DNA of 64,000 nucleotides, from positions 246,863 to 310,862 of the forward strand of contig QHSU01000057.1 in NCBI GenBank assembly GCA_003220535.1, written 5' to 3'. The stretch comes from Candidatus Rokuibacteriota bacterium. GTDB taxonomy: Bacteria; Methylomirabilota; Methylomirabilia; Rokubacteriales; CSP1-6. The notes beneath the pieces were generated by a model. It worked only from the letters and a program-made list of their open reading frames with translations. It was not told the origin of the DNA and did not search any database. Below are positions 9,820 to 19,755 of this stretch, piece after piece; the stretch's first letter is position 1; every line of letters starts with the position of its first letter. Made by a program: the position numbers and the translations under genes.

Positions 9820-11039
9820 GGCAGATGCGGATCCTCTGGCTGAAGGTGGGCGGCCTGTGGCCGCCGCATACCGGCGGGCGCCTGCGGACCTTGCACATCA
9901 TCTCGGAGTTGGCGAAGACCCACCGCGTGACGGTGATGACCACACACGGTCCCGCCGACGATCCGGATGGGCTCTCCGCCCGGCTCGAGCACTGCGAGCG
10001 CGTCACGTCGTTCTGCCATGCGGCGCCCAAGCACACGAGCGCGGGCTTCGTCCGGGCGCTGGCCGGGTCGTGGCTCTCGCCGCTGCCGGTCGACCTCTGG
10101 AAATGGCAGGTCCCGGCCCTCCGCGAGGCCGCCGAGAGGATGGTTTCGGCCGGGCAGGTCGATCTGTGCGTGGGCGACTTCCTGTACACGACGCCGAACG
10201 TTCCGTTCGGGGGCCCGGTGCCGGTGGTCTTCTTCGACCACAACGTCGAGCACGTCATCTGGAAACGCCTGAGCCAGGTCGAGAGGCGTCCCTGGAGACG
10301 CGCGCTGCTCGAGATGGAGTGGCGCAAAGTTCGGCGGGCCGAGGCCCGGGCGTGCGCGCGCGCGCGCCTCACGATCGCGGTGTCGGAGATCGACCGCGCG
10401 CTGCTCGCCCAGCTCGCGCCCGGCGCCGCCATCTGCTCGATTCCGACAGGCGTGGACACGGCCCTCTTCGCCCCGAACGGCTCGCGGTCAGGGTCCGCGT
10501 CGCTCGTCTTCGTCGGGTCAATGGATTGGTACCCCAACGAGGACGGGATCCTGCACTTCATCGAGGCCACCCTCCCCGGCATCCGGCGGCGCGTCCCGGC
10601 GGCGTCGTTGACTGTGGTCGGCCGCGATCCGTCGCCCAGGCTGCGCAGCGCGGCGGCGGACGCCGGCGTACGGGTGACCGGTACTGTCGAGGACGTCCGA
10701 CCATACCTGTCCGAGGCCGATGTGGTCGTCGTGCCGCTGCGAGTTGGTGGGGGCACGCGCCTCAAGATCTTCGAAGCGCTGGCCATGGGCAAGCCGGTGG
10801 TCGCGACGGGGGTCGGGGCCGAAGGCCTTCCGCTCGTGTCCGGGACGCATTACCTCCGACGCGATGAGCCCGACGAGTTCGCGTCCGCCGTCGCGTCGCT
10901 CCTCGAGGATCCCGATCGGCGCCGGGCGCTGGGCGGAGCCGGCCGCCGACTGGTCGAGGAGAAGTTCGCCTGGCCGCAGGTGGCTCGCGAGTTCGCGGCT
11001 CGGCTCGAGGCGGCCGTTGCCGCAGGAGGGGCGTCATGA
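9816..11039 (+). CDS. Glycosyltransferase family 4
   Basis: HNVEH, IPTGVD, GSMDWYPNEDG and GGGTRLKIFEALAMG motifs; start ATG 9816 (or 9825) overlaps the upstream stop. Confidence 0.9.
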   Translation: MRQMRILWLKVGGLWPPHTGGRLRTLHIISELAKTHRVTVMTTHGPADDPDGLSARLEHCERVTSFCHAAPKHTSAGFVRALAGSWLSPLPVDLWKWQVPALREAAERMVSAGQVDLCVGDFLYTTPNVPFGGPVPVVFFDHNVEHVIWKRLSQVERRPWRRALLEMEWRKVRRAEARACARARLTIAVSEIDRALLAQLAPGAAICSIPTGVDTALFAPNGSRSGSASLVFVGSMDWYPNEDGILHFIEATLPGIRRRVPAASLTVVGRDPSPRLRSAAADAGVRVTGTVEDVRPYLSEADVVVVPLRVGGGTRLKIFEALAMGKPVVATGVGAEGLPLVSGTHYLRRDEPDEFASAVASLLEDPDRRRALGGAGRRLVEEKFAWPQVAREFAARLEAAVAAGGAS

Positions 11040-12295
11040 CGCTCACGGGGAGCGACGGACTCTTCGCGGTGATCACCCTGGGCTCGCTCACCCTGCTGGC
11101 GTACGCCTACGGCGGGTACCCCATCGTGCTGTGGCTCCTCAGCAAGGTCACGCGCGCCCGCCCCGGTCGAGCCGGAGAGCCGACCCAGTGGCCGAGTGTC
11201 AGCGTCATCGTCTCGGCCTATAACGAGGAGCAGGTCATCGCCGATCGCGTGCGAAACCTCCTCGAGCTCGACTACCCGACCGAGCACCTCGAGGTCGTGA
11301 TCGGATCCGACGGATCCACGGACCGCACGGCGACGATCGTCCATGGCTGCGGAGGCGAGGCGACGCGCTTCGTCGATTTCGCCGAGCGCCGGGGGAAAGC
11401 CAGCGTCGTGAACGACCTCGTGGCGCAGGCCCGGGGCGACGTCGTGGTCCTCACGGACGCGAACACCTTCTTCGATCCCGGCGCCGTGCGCGCGCTGGTC
11501 ACGGCGCTGTGGCGCCATCCAACGGCCTGCGCGGTCGTCGGGTATCTCGATCTACGCTCGTCCTCGGCCGGCGGCAATCTCGACGGCACGTACTGGCGCT
11601 ACGAGACATGGCTCAAGTCCCTCGAGTCGCACTTCGGCGCCGTGCTCGGGGCCAACGGGGCCATCTACGCCTTCCACCGTGCGCGGTATCGGCCGCTGCC
11701 GGCCTGTACCGTCTCCGTGGATGACTTTCTCATCCCGATGTTCATGCGCCTGCACGGCGGCGGCGAGATCTTCTTCGTGCCCGCGGCTCGCGCGTACGAG
11801 ACCTCGCCGACGCAGGTGCGCCACGAGTTTCGTCGGCGCGTGCGCATCGGGGCCGGCGATCTTCAGGCGCTGCTGTGGACATGGCGGCTGCTGCTGCCCG
11901 GCAAGGGCATGGTGGCGTTCTCGTACTTCTCGCACAAAGTGCTGAGGTGGCTCGGGCCGTGGCTCATGCTGGCCGGTTTCGCCGCCAACCTCTTTCTGCT
12001 CGGACGCCCCGTCTTCAGGTGGCTCTTTCTCGGTCAACTGGCGTTCTACGGTCTCGGCGCCCTCGCCCCAGTCGTCCGGACCGCGGCATCCGCAGCCCGG
12101 TATTTCGTCACCCTCAATGCGGGCCTGGGCCTGGGCTTCGTGCGTCTCGTCCTTGGCCTGCAGCGCCCGTTCTGGAGCACGGAGCCGAGGAGCGACGGGC
12201 CGATTCAGGCGAAGACATCGACCGGGCTCTCGGAGTCTCCGTCTGCCCCGGCCGCGCCCGGCTCCGCCACCGCAGCGCGGCGGAACGCTGCGTAG
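11036..12295 (+). CDS. Membrane glycosyltransferase family 2 (CesA/IcaA-like)
   Basis: N-terminal TM, SAYNEE, SDGSTD, TDAN (DxD-like), VDDF, RRRVRI and C-terminal TM segments. Confidence 0.88.
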   Translation: MTLTGSDGLFAVITLGSLTLLAYAYGGYPIVLWLLSKVTRARPGRAGEPTQWPSVSVIVSAYNEEQVIADRVRNLLELDYPTEHLEVVIGSDGSTDRTATIVHGCGGEATRFVDFAERRGKASVVNDLVAQARGDVVVLTDANTFFDPGAVRALVTALWRHPTACAVVGYLDLRSSSAGGNLDGTYWRYETWLKSLESHFGAVLGANGAIYAFHRARYRPLPACTVSVDDFLIPMFMRLHGGGEIFFVPAARAYETSPTQVRHEFRRRVRIGAGDLQALLWTWRLLLPGKGMVAFSYFSHKVLRWLGPWLMLAGFAANLFLLGRPVFRWLFLGQLAFYGLGALAPVVRTAASAARYFVTLNAGLGLGFVRLVLGLQRPFWSTEPRSDGPIQAKTSTGLSESPSAPAAPGSATAARRNAA

Positions 12296-12313
12296 CCGAA
12301 TGGGAGATACGCG

Positions 12314-13444
12314 ATGAACACGACGGACTTGCTCACAGCGTCGCGGACGAGCTCGCGGGCGGGGAGCGCGCGCGGTGATGGAGCGGCGCTCGCCTTGTCC
12401 AAACCCCTCGTGTCGGTGGTCGTCCCTGCATTCAACGAGGCGGCCATCGTGGAGAAGAACCTGGCCGCCCTCTGCCAGTACATGGCATCGCTCGAGGACG
12501 AGTACCGCTGGGAGATCGTCGTCGTCAACGACGGAAGCAGTGACGGCACCGGCCGACTCGTCGAGGCCTTTGCCGGGACTCGGAGCAACATCACGGTCCT
12601 GCACCACCATGTGAATTTCGGGCTCGGCCAGGCGCTCAAATTCGCGTTCAAGCACTGCCGGGGAGAGTACATCGTCACGATGGATCTGGACCTGAGCTAC
12701 TCGACTGACCACATCCGCCGACTGCTGACGAGGATCAGGGAGACGAGGGCCAAGGTCGTGGTGGCATCCCCCTACATGAAGGGCGGTGACATCTCGAATG
12801 TCCCCTGGCTGCGACGGACGCTGAGCGTTTGGGCCAACCGGTTTCTGTCGGCGACGGCCAAGGGCACGCTGTCGACGCTGACGGGCATGGTCCGGGTCTA
12901 TGACGCCCGATTCCTGAAGACCCTCGACCTGCGGGCCATGGGCATGGAGATCAACCCGGAGGTGATCTACAAGGCCATGATGCTGCGCGGCCGGATCGAG
13001 GAGATTCCTGCGCACCTGGATTGGCGGCTGCAAAACGCCGCCGGCCCGAAGCGCAAATCGAGCATGCGGGTCCTCCGGCACACCATGTCCACGCTCTTCT
13101 CCGGCTTCCTCTTCAAGCCGTTCATGTTCTTCATCATTCCCGGCCTCGGGCTGCTCCTCTTTTCCCTCTACGTCAATGCCTGGATGCTCGCCCACTTCTT
13201 CGCCGCCTACCAGAGGTTTCCCGAGTACGCGTGGTTCTTCGACCGGGCCTCGGCGGCGGTGGCCACTGCCTATCATCAGGCGCCCCACACCTTCTTCGTG
13301 GGTCTCATGAGCCTGACGCTCGCGATCCAGTTCATCAGCCTGGGGATCTTGGCACTGCAGAGCAAGCGCTATTTCGAGGAGATCTTTCACCTCGGTACGA
13401 CCATATACAAAACGAACCGTGACGACGGGAGAACCAGACCATGA
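12314..13444 (+). CDS. Glycosyltransferase family 2, DPM1/ArnC-like polyprenyl-phosphate glycosyltransferase with two C-terminal TM helices
   Basis: VVVPAFNE, VNDGSSDGT, NFGLGQA, MDLDLS; hydrophobic C-terminal helices. Confidence 0.85.
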   Translation: MNTTDLLTASRTSSRAGSARGDGAALALSKPLVSVVVPAFNEAAIVEKNLAALCQYMASLEDEYRWEIVVVNDGSSDGTGRLVEAFAGTRSNITVLHHHVNFGLGQALKFAFKHCRGEYIVTMDLDLSYSTDHIRRLLTRIRETRAKVVVASPYMKGGDISNVPWLRRTLSVWANRFLSATAKGTLSTLTGMVRVYDARFLKTLDLRAMGMEINPEVIYKAMMLRGRIEEIPAHLDWRLQNAAGPKRKSSMRVLRHTMSTLFSGFLFKPFMFFIIPGLGLLLFSLYVNAWMLAHFFAAYQRFPEYAWFFDRASAAVATAYHQAPHTFFVGLMSLTLAIQFISLGILALQSKRYFEEIFHLGTTIYKTNRDDGRTRP

Positions 13445-14673
13445 CGAATGCCACGCTGTCGGAGACTACACGGCTCGCGCTGCCCTCGGACCAGGAGGCC
13501 TCGGGCCGAACGCTCGGAGACGAGGAGATCGCGCTGGCCGCCGAAGCGATCCGAAGCGGCACCCTGACCAGCACGAAGGGCACGTTCGTGAAGCGGCTCG
13601 AACGGCGATTCGCCGAGCTCCTGGGCGTCAGGCATGCCTGGGCGTGCGCCTCGGGGACAGCGGCCGTCCACACGGCCGTCGCCGCGCTCGATCCGGAGCC
13701 CGGCGACGAGATCATCACCTCGCCGATCACGGACATGGGGGCGCTGGCGCCAATCCTCTACCAGGGCGCCATCCCCGTCTTTGCCGACGTCGATCCTCAT
13801 ACCCTCAACGTCACGGCCGCGACCATCGAGGCTCGCCTGAGCCCGCGCACGCGGGCGATCATGGTGACGCATCTGTTCGGGAATCCCTGCGACATGGACG
13901 CGATCCTGGCGCTCGCGCACGCGCGCGACATCGCCGTCATCGAGGACTGCGCGCAGGCGTTCGGGGCGCGGTACGACGGCCGCCCGGTGGGCACGCTCGG
14001 CGCCGTGGCGTCCTTCAGCCTGCAGCAGGGCAAGCACGTGACGACCGGCGAGGGCGGCCTGGTGGCGACGAACGACGACGCCCTCGCGCGCCGCATGGTG
14101 CTCTTCATCAACAAAGCGTGGGGTTACGGCGACCCGCAGCCGGACCACTACTTCCTGGCCCTGAACTACCGGATGAGCGAGTTGCACGGGGCGGTGGCCG
14201 TCGCCCAGCTGCCCAAGCTCGACGCAGTGGTGCAGAGCCGGATCACCACCGCGGCTCGCCTCACCGAGCGGCTACGCGGGCTTCGCGGCATCGTCACGCC
14301 GCGGATGAGCCCGCGGAGCGTCCACACCTACTGGAAGTATTGCCTTCAGGTCGACGGCGGTTGCGTGGCGGGCGGGGCGGTCGAGCTGGGCCGGCGGCTG
14401 AAGGAGCGAGGCATCGCCTCCTCGCCGCGCTACATCCAGAAGCCGGCGTTCATGTGCGAGGTTTTCCAGAAACAGCGCACGTTCGGCACCAGCCGCTACC
14501 CCTTCACCCTGGCGCGGCCGGAGGCGGTCGACTACGACCGCGCACGCTTCCCCGGGACCTTCGCCGGGCTCGAGGAGGTCCTGGTGCTGCCGTGGACCGA
14601 GCGCTACACCGACGAGCACGTTGACTACATCGCCGACTCCGTCCGTGAGGCGGTAGGACGGCTGACGAGGTGA
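13441..14673 (+). CDS. DegT/DnrJ/EryC1/StrS PLP-dependent sugar aminotransferase
   Basis: [30 protein letters not shown] (PLP lysine), NYRMSE. Confidence 0.92.
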   Translation: MTNATLSETTRLALPSDQEASGRTLGDEEIALAAEAIRSGTLTSTKGTFVKRLERRFAELLGVRHAWACASGTAAVHTAVAALDPEPGDEIITSPITDMGALAPILYQGAIPVFADVDPHTLNVTAATIEARLSPRTRAIMVTHLFGNPCDMDAILALAHARDIAVIEDCAQAFGARYDGRPVGTLGAVASFSLQQGKHVTTGEGGLVATNDDALARRMVLFINKAWGYGDPQPDHYFLALNYRMSELHGAVAVAQLPKLDAVVQSRITTAARLTERLRGLRGIVTPRMSPRSVHTYWKYCLQVDGGCVAGGAVELGRRLKERGIASSPRYIQKPAFMCEVFQKQRTFGTSRYPFTLARPEAVDYDRARFPGTFAGLEEVLVLPWTERYTDEHVDYIADSVREAVGRLTR

Positions 14674-15725
14674 GAGCCCTGATGGATCAAAAGGTCCGAT
14701 TCGGCCTGGTGGGGGCGGGAGCCATCGCCCAGTCGTATGCCCAGGCGTTCCAGAACTGTGAGAGCGGCCGGGTTGTGGCCGTCGCCGACGTCCGCGAGGA
14801 CGCGGCCCGAGCGCTGGCGGAAGGCCTCGGATGCCAGAGCTATGACTCGTATCAGACGATGGCCCGGAAGACGAAGCTCGACGCCGTCATCGTGTGCACG
14901 CCACCGGTGACCCACCCGGAGATCTGCGAGTATTTCCTGGGGCGTTTGACCCACGTCCTCTGCGAAAAGCCCTTCACCATCGACGTCAAGAGCGCACGCA
15001 GGCTGGTGGACATCGCCGCCAGGGTCGGCGTGAAGCTCACGATGGGGTCGAAGTTCCGGTATGTGGACGACGTGATCCGCGCCAAGAGCATCGTCATGTC
15101 GGGCATCCTCGGGGAGATCATCCTCTTCGACAACGCCTTCACGGCCCGGGTCGACATGTCCTCGCGGTGGAACTCCGACGCCGCCATCAGTGGCGGCGGC
15201 GTGCTGATCGACAACGGATCGCATGCCGTCGATCTCATGCGCTACTTCCTGGGACCACTGGCCGACGTCCAGGTGGTGGAGGGTAAGCGAGTCCAGGCGT
15301 TGCCCGTCGAGGATACGGTCCGCATCTTCGTGCACAGCGCCAGCGGCGTGATGGGCAGCATCGATCTGTCCTGGAGCCTCAACAAGGAACTGGACAGCTA
15401 CCTCAACATCTACGGCTCGCGCGGCACGATCGCGATCGGCTGGAAGGAATCGAGGTACCGGCAGTCGTCCAGCAGTGACTGGATCGTGTTCGGCAAGGGC
15501 TACGACAAGGTGCAGGCGTTCCGGAGCCAGATCAACAATTTCGCGCGGGCGATCCTCGGCAAGGAGATGCTCCTGATCACCGCCGAGGACGCGCTGGCCT
15601 CGGTGGAGGCCATCGAAGCGGCCTACAACTCCCTCCGCCGGCTGCACTGGACAGCCGTTCGCCGTGGATTCCCGAGGGCCGCCAGGACGAACGGCCACCC
15701 AGCCCCCCTGGCGGCCGCGCGATGA
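14670..15725 (+). CDS. Gfo/Idh/MocA family NAD(P)-dependent oxidoreductase (WbpB-like)
   Basis: [29 protein letters not shown]. Confidence 0.9.
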   Translation: MRALMDQKVRFGLVGAGAIAQSYAQAFQNCESGRVVAVADVREDAARALAEGLGCQSYDSYQTMARKTKLDAVIVCTPPVTHPEICEYFLGRLTHVLCEKPFTIDVKSARRLVDIAARVGVKLTMGSKFRYVDDVIRAKSIVMSGILGEIILFDNAFTARVDMSSRWNSDAAISGGGVLIDNGSHAVDLMRYFLGPLADVQVVEGKRVQALPVEDTVRIFVHSASGVMGSIDLSWSLNKELDSYLNIYGSRGTIAIGWKESRYRQSSSSDWIVFGKGYDKVQAFRSQINNFARAILGKEMLLITAEDALASVEAIEAAYNSLRRLHWTAVRRGFPRAARTNGHPAPLAAAR

Positions 15726-16378
15726 GCGCTCGCATCCACCCGACCGCAATCATCGAGGAGGGCGTGGAGATCGGCGCCGGCACGTCGGTATGGGACCACG
15801 TCCACATCCGGCACTCCACCCGGATCGGCGAGCAATGCGTCGTCGGGGAGAAGACCTACATCGCCTACAACGTGCGCATCGGCGACCGAGTCAAGATCAA
15901 TGCCTTCGTGTACGTGTGCACGGCGGTGACGATCGAGGACGGCGTCATGATCAGTGCCGGGACGATCTTCACCAACGATCGGTTTCCGCGGGCCACCACG
16001 CCGGACCTGAAGCAGCTGAGGCCGTCGGAGCCCGACGAGCACACCCTGCCCACGCGGGTGCGAGCGGGCGCGACGATCGGAGCTGGCAGCGTCATCGGCA
16101 ACGATCTCGTCATCGGCCGCTTTGCGATGGTCGGGATGGGCTCGCTCGTCACGAAGTCGGTCCCGGATTTCCATCTGGCCATCGGGAGCCCCGCGGCCTC
16201 CGTCGGCTGTGTTTGCCGCTGCGGGCACCTGCTCCGCCGCTTCGCCCCGCCAGGCGCCGCGTCGGTCGAGCAGATCGCCTGTGTCGCCTGCCGCCGCCGA
16301 TACGGGGTCAAGGGCACTGTGGTCACGGAGCTCACGGCCCCGGACGTCGACCGGGCGCTGGCGCTTCCCCGGGCCTGA
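15722..16378 (+). CDS. Hexapeptide-repeat sugar N-acetyltransferase (WbpD/WlbB-like) with C-terminal Cys motif
   Basis: IHPTAIIE, hexapeptide repeats, [13 protein letters not shown]-terminal CRC...CVAC. Confidence 0.87.
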   Translation: MSARIHPTAIIEEGVEIGAGTSVWDHVHIRHSTRIGEQCVVGEKTYIAYNVRIGDRVKINAFVYVCTAVTIEDGVMISAGTIFTNDRFPRATTPDLKQLRPSEPDEHTLPTRVRAGATIGAGSVIGNDLVIGRFAMVGMGSLVTKSVPDFHLAIGSPAASVGCVCRCGHLLRRFAPPGAASVEQIACVACRRRYGVKGTVVTELTAPDVDRALALPRA

Positions 16379-16381
16379 ACC

Positions 16382-17773
16382 ATGCCGCACGGATCGCAAC
16401 GATGGGGCATCGTGGGCGGCGGCTTCCTCGGGATGACGCTCGCCCACCGGCTCGCCCAGCACGGCCAGGACGTCACCCTCTTCGAGGCGGCCCCGCAGCT
16501 GGGCGGCCTCGCGAGCGCCTGGAATCTCGGCGACGTCGTGTGGGACCGCCACTATCACGTCACGCTGCTGTCCGACACTCATCTACGCGCGCTGCTGGCC
16601 GAGCTGGGCCTGGAGCAGGAGATGGCCTGGGTCGAGACCCGGACCGGGTTCTACACCGATGGCACTCTCTACTCCATGTCGAACACCCTCGAGTTCTTGC
16701 GCTTTCCTCCGCTGAGTCTGTTCAGCAAGCTGCGGCTCGGCGCGACCATCCTGTATGCCTCGCAGCTCAAGGATTGGAAGAAGCTGGAGAAGATTCCGGT
16801 GGCCGACTGGCTCAGGCGATGGTCGGGCCGCGCCACCTTCGAGAAAATCTGGCTGCCGCTGCTCCGCGCCAAGCTGGGCGACAACTATCGAAAAGCCTCG
16901 GCCGCCTTCATCTGGGCCATCATCGCCAGAATGTACGCCGCCCGCCGAACGGGACTGAAGAGGGAGATGTTCGGCTACGTGCCGGGAGGATACGCGCGAG
17001 TCCTCGAGCGCTTCGCCGACCGGCTGGCGGGCGAGTGCGTGCGTATCGAGCTGCGTCAGGCGGCGACGAAAATCGAGTCCACCGCGGACGGCGTGGCGAT
17101 CGAGTTCGCCGGCGGTAGCCGGCAAACGTTCGACCAGGTCGTGGTGACCCTGGCCGCGCCCCTCGCCACCCGGCTGTGTCCCGGACTCTCGAGCGACGAG
17201 CAGGCCCGGCTGCAAGGGATCCAATACCAGGGAGTCGTGTGTGCCTCGTTCTTGCTGAAGCGACCGCTCGCTGACTTTTACGTGACGAACATCACCGATC
17301 GCGGGGTCCCCTTCACGGCGGTCATCGAGATGTCGGCGCTCGTCGATCGTGCCCACTTCGGCGGTCGCGCCCTCGTGTACCTCCCGAAATACCTGAAGCC
17401 CGACGACCCGGCATTTTCGCACTCCGACCGGGAGGTGCAGGACATGTTCATGGACGGGCTGGCGCGCATGTATCCCAATTTCCGCTGCGCCGACGTCGAA
17501 TGCTTTCGCGTCTCTCGTGTGAAGTACGTGCTCGCCATCTCCACGCTCGGCTACTCTGATCGTCTCCCGCCGATGACCACCTCGCTGCCGGGTCTGCACA
17601 TCGTGAACTCCGCTCACATCGTCAACGGGACGCTCAACGTGAACGAGACCATCCAGCTTGCCGAAAAGGCCGCCGCCCGACTCCTGACCCTGCCCGGTAA
17701 GGTGGCCGCGGTCCCTGCCGAGGACGAATATGACGACCAGAAAGCCCATCGCCAGCTTGTCGCTCGACCTTGA
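16382..17773 (+). CDS. FAD/NAD(P)-dependent oxidoreductase (amine oxidase/protoporphyrinogen oxidase-like)
   Basis: IVGGGFLG Rossmann motif, FEAAPQLGGLA, WDRHYHV. Confidence 0.85.
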   Translation: MPHGSQRWGIVGGGFLGMTLAHRLAQHGQDVTLFEAAPQLGGLASAWNLGDVVWDRHYHVTLLSDTHLRALLAELGLEQEMAWVETRTGFYTDGTLYSMSNTLEFLRFPPLSLFSKLRLGATILYASQLKDWKKLEKIPVADWLRRWSGRATFEKIWLPLLRAKLGDNYRKASAAFIWAIIARMYAARRTGLKREMFGYVPGGYARVLERFADRLAGECVRIELRQAATKIESTADGVAIEFAGGSRQTFDQVVVTLAAPLATRLCPGLSSDEQARLQGIQYQGVVCASFLLKRPLADFYVTNITDRGVPFTAVIEMSALVDRAHFGGRALVYLPKYLKPDDPAFSHSDREVQDMFMDGLARMYPNFRCADVECFRVSRVKYVLAISTLGYSDRLPPMTTSLPGLHIVNSAHIVNGTLNVNETIQLAEKAAARLLTLPGKVAAVPAEDEYDDQKAHRQLVARP

Positions 17774-18746
17774 CAACAAGTGGTCGTACCTAAAAACGCA
17801 CGGGGACCCGGGGTGGGAGCGGCTTCCGTCCTACCTGGACCTCGTGGTGCCGCGGGTCCTCGACTTCCTCAAGGCGCGAAATCTCACCATCACGGTGTTC
17901 GTCGTCGGCCAGGACGCCGCGGTGGCCAAGAATCGGGAGCTCCTTCGCGCGATCGCGGCGGCGGGGCACGAGATCGGCAACCATTCCTTTCATCACGAGC
18001 CCTGGCTGCACCTTTATTCCGAAGCCAGGACCGAGACCGAGCTCGAGCGGGCCGAGGAGCACATCGAGCGGGCCACCGGGCGGCGCCCCCTCGGCTTTCG
18101 CGGACCTGGCTTCAGCCTCTCCGCGGCGAGCGTACGCGTCCTGGCGCGGCGAGGCTACCGGTACGACGCCTCCACTCTTCCCACGTTTCTGGGGCCGCTG
18201 GCGAGGGCCTACTACTTCATGCGTACCCGGTTGAGCCCGGAGCAAAGAGAACAACGCAAAGTGCTCTACGGCACCTTCGCCGAGGGGTGGCAGCCCCTCC
18301 GGCCCTATCGCTGGCGGACGGATGCCGGCGAGATCCTCGAGATCCCGGTGACGACCATGCCCATCTTCAAGGTTCCGATCCACGTCAGCTATCTCCTGTA
18401 TCTGAGCGCGCTCGCTCCGAGCCTCGCCGTCCCCTACTTCAGCGCCGCTCTCAGCCTCTGCCGGTGGACGGCGACCCAACCGTCGCTGCTCTTGCACCCG
18501 CTGGATTTTCTCGGCTGCGATGATACGCCCGATCTTGCCTTCTTCCCGGCGATGAACCTTCCCCGTGAGAGGAAGCTCGAGCTCGTGGGCCGGGTCCTCG
18601 ATGTCCTGTCCGCCCGCTTCGCCGTGTGCACCATGGAGGCGCACGCCGAAGCGGCAGCGCGGACGCCACACCTTCCAGTGCGGGAGCCCCGCCTGACCCG
18701 GCCCGCCCAGACCCGGTGGGCCTCCTGGCGAGCCACCACCAACTGA
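17730..18746 (+). CDS. Polysaccharide deacetylase (NodB/CE4-like)
   Basis: SLDLD, TVFVVG, HEIGNHSFHH, GFRGPGFS, YDAS, LLHPLDF. Confidence 0.87.
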   Translation: MTTRKPIASLSLDLDNKWSYLKTHGDPGWERLPSYLDLVVPRVLDFLKARNLTITVFVVGQDAAVAKNRELLRAIAAAGHEIGNHSFHHEPWLHLYSEARTETELERAEEHIERATGRRPLGFRGPGFSLSAASVRVLARRGYRYDASTLPTFLGPLARAYYFMRTRLSPEQREQRKVLYGTFAEGWQPLRPYRWRTDAGEILEIPVTTMPIFKVPIHVSYLLYLSALAPSLAVPYFSAALSLCRWTATQPSLLLHPLDFLGCDDTPDLAFFPAMNLPRERKLELVGRVLDVLSARFAVCTMEAHAEAAARTPHLPVREPRLTRPAQTRWASWRATTN

Positions 18747-18758
18747 ACGAGGTGACCG

Positions 18759-19055
18759 ATGAAACCAGAGCTCGTGTCCCTGATCGTGAAGGCCGCCCGA
18801 GAGTTCGGCGAGCATAGTCGCGTGGCGCTTCCGGCAACCATCGACGACGACACGCCTCTGTTCGGCCGGGAGGGCTTTCTGGATTCCATGGCCCTGGTCT
18901 CGCTCGTCGTGGCCGTGGAACAGGCCATCGAAGACGAGCTGGGTGTCAGCGTGAGCCTCGCCGACGAGCGAGCCCTGTCGCAGCGGACCAGCCCCTACCG
19001 CACCGTCGGGGCGCTGGCCGATTACGCCGACACGCTGGTCCGGGCCGCCGCCTGA
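18759..19055 (+). CDS. Acyl carrier protein
   Basis: 98 aa, acidic; LDSMALV phosphopantetheine Ser motif; GAGGTG RBS. Confidence 0.85.
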   Translation: MKPELVSLIVKAAREFGEHSRVALPATIDDDTPLFGREGFLDSMALVSLVVAVEQAIEDELGVSVSLADERALSQRTSPYRTVGALADYADTLVRAAA

Positions 19056-19056
19056 G

Positions 19057-19755
19057 ATGGATACCCCGGTCACCCTGATCACCGGCACTCGCAAGGGGAT
19101 CGGCCGATACCTGGCCGAGCACTACGTCCGTCTCGGCCACCGCGTGGTCGGCTGCAGTCGGGGCGACGCCGACTGGGCCGTGGATGGCTACGTGCACTAT
19201 GTCGCCGATGTCTCCGACGAACGGACGGTGAAAAGGATCTTCACCGACGTGCGAAGGAAATACGGCCGGCTCGACCACTTGATCAACAATGCGGGCATCG
19301 CCTCGATGAACCATTCCTTGCTCACTCCGCTCTCCACCGTGAACGCTGTCCTCGATACCAACGTCGTCGGGACGTTCCTCTTTTGCCGCGAGGCGGCCAA
19401 GCTCATGAAGGTGGCCGGGTACGGCCGCATGGTCAATGTCACCACGGTGGCCGTACCGCTCAAGCTGGAGGGGGAGGCGATCTATGTCGCCTCCAAAGCC
19501 GCGGTCGTATCCCTGACCGAGGTCCTGGCCAGGGAGCTGGCGGGCTTCGGCATCACGGTGAACGCCGTGGGACCGGTGCCGGTGGAGACGGATCTGATCC
19601 GCTCCGTGCCGCGGGAGAAGATCGAGCGCCTCGTGTCCCGCCAGGCGATCGCGCGTCTGGGGACCGTCGAGGATGTGGCCAACGTGATCGATTTCTACCT
19701 GAAGAAGGAAAGCGCCTTCGTCACCGGTCAGACCCTGTTCCTCGGCGGCGTCTGA
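19057..19755 (+). CDS. SDR family oxidoreductase (FabG-like 3-oxoacyl-ACP reductase)
   Basis: TGTRKGIG, NNAG, YVASK, VNAVGP, FVTGQ. Confidence 0.9.
   Translation: MDTPVTLITGTRKGIGRYLAEHYVRLGHRVVGCSRGDADWAVDGYVHYVADVSDERTVKRIFTDVRRKYGRLDHLINNAGIASMNHSLLTPLSTVNAVLDTNVVGTFLFCREAAKLMKVAGYGRMVNVTTVAVPLKLEGEAIYVASKAAVVSLTEVLARELAGFGITVNAVGPVPVETDLIRSVPREKIERLVSRQAIARLGTVEDVANVIDFYLKKESAFVTGQTLFLGGV

Noticed and set aside
11552-13390. Long antisense or alternative-frame ORFs (also 24898-27084, 36800-38359, 58277-59749 and many others)
   Set aside because: Shadows of real genes in high-GC DNA; no recognisable motifs.
16200-16310. Cys-rich tail of the acetyltransferase as a novel domain
   Set aside because: Similar zinc-ribbon-like tails occur in WbpD/WlbB-type acetyltransferases.
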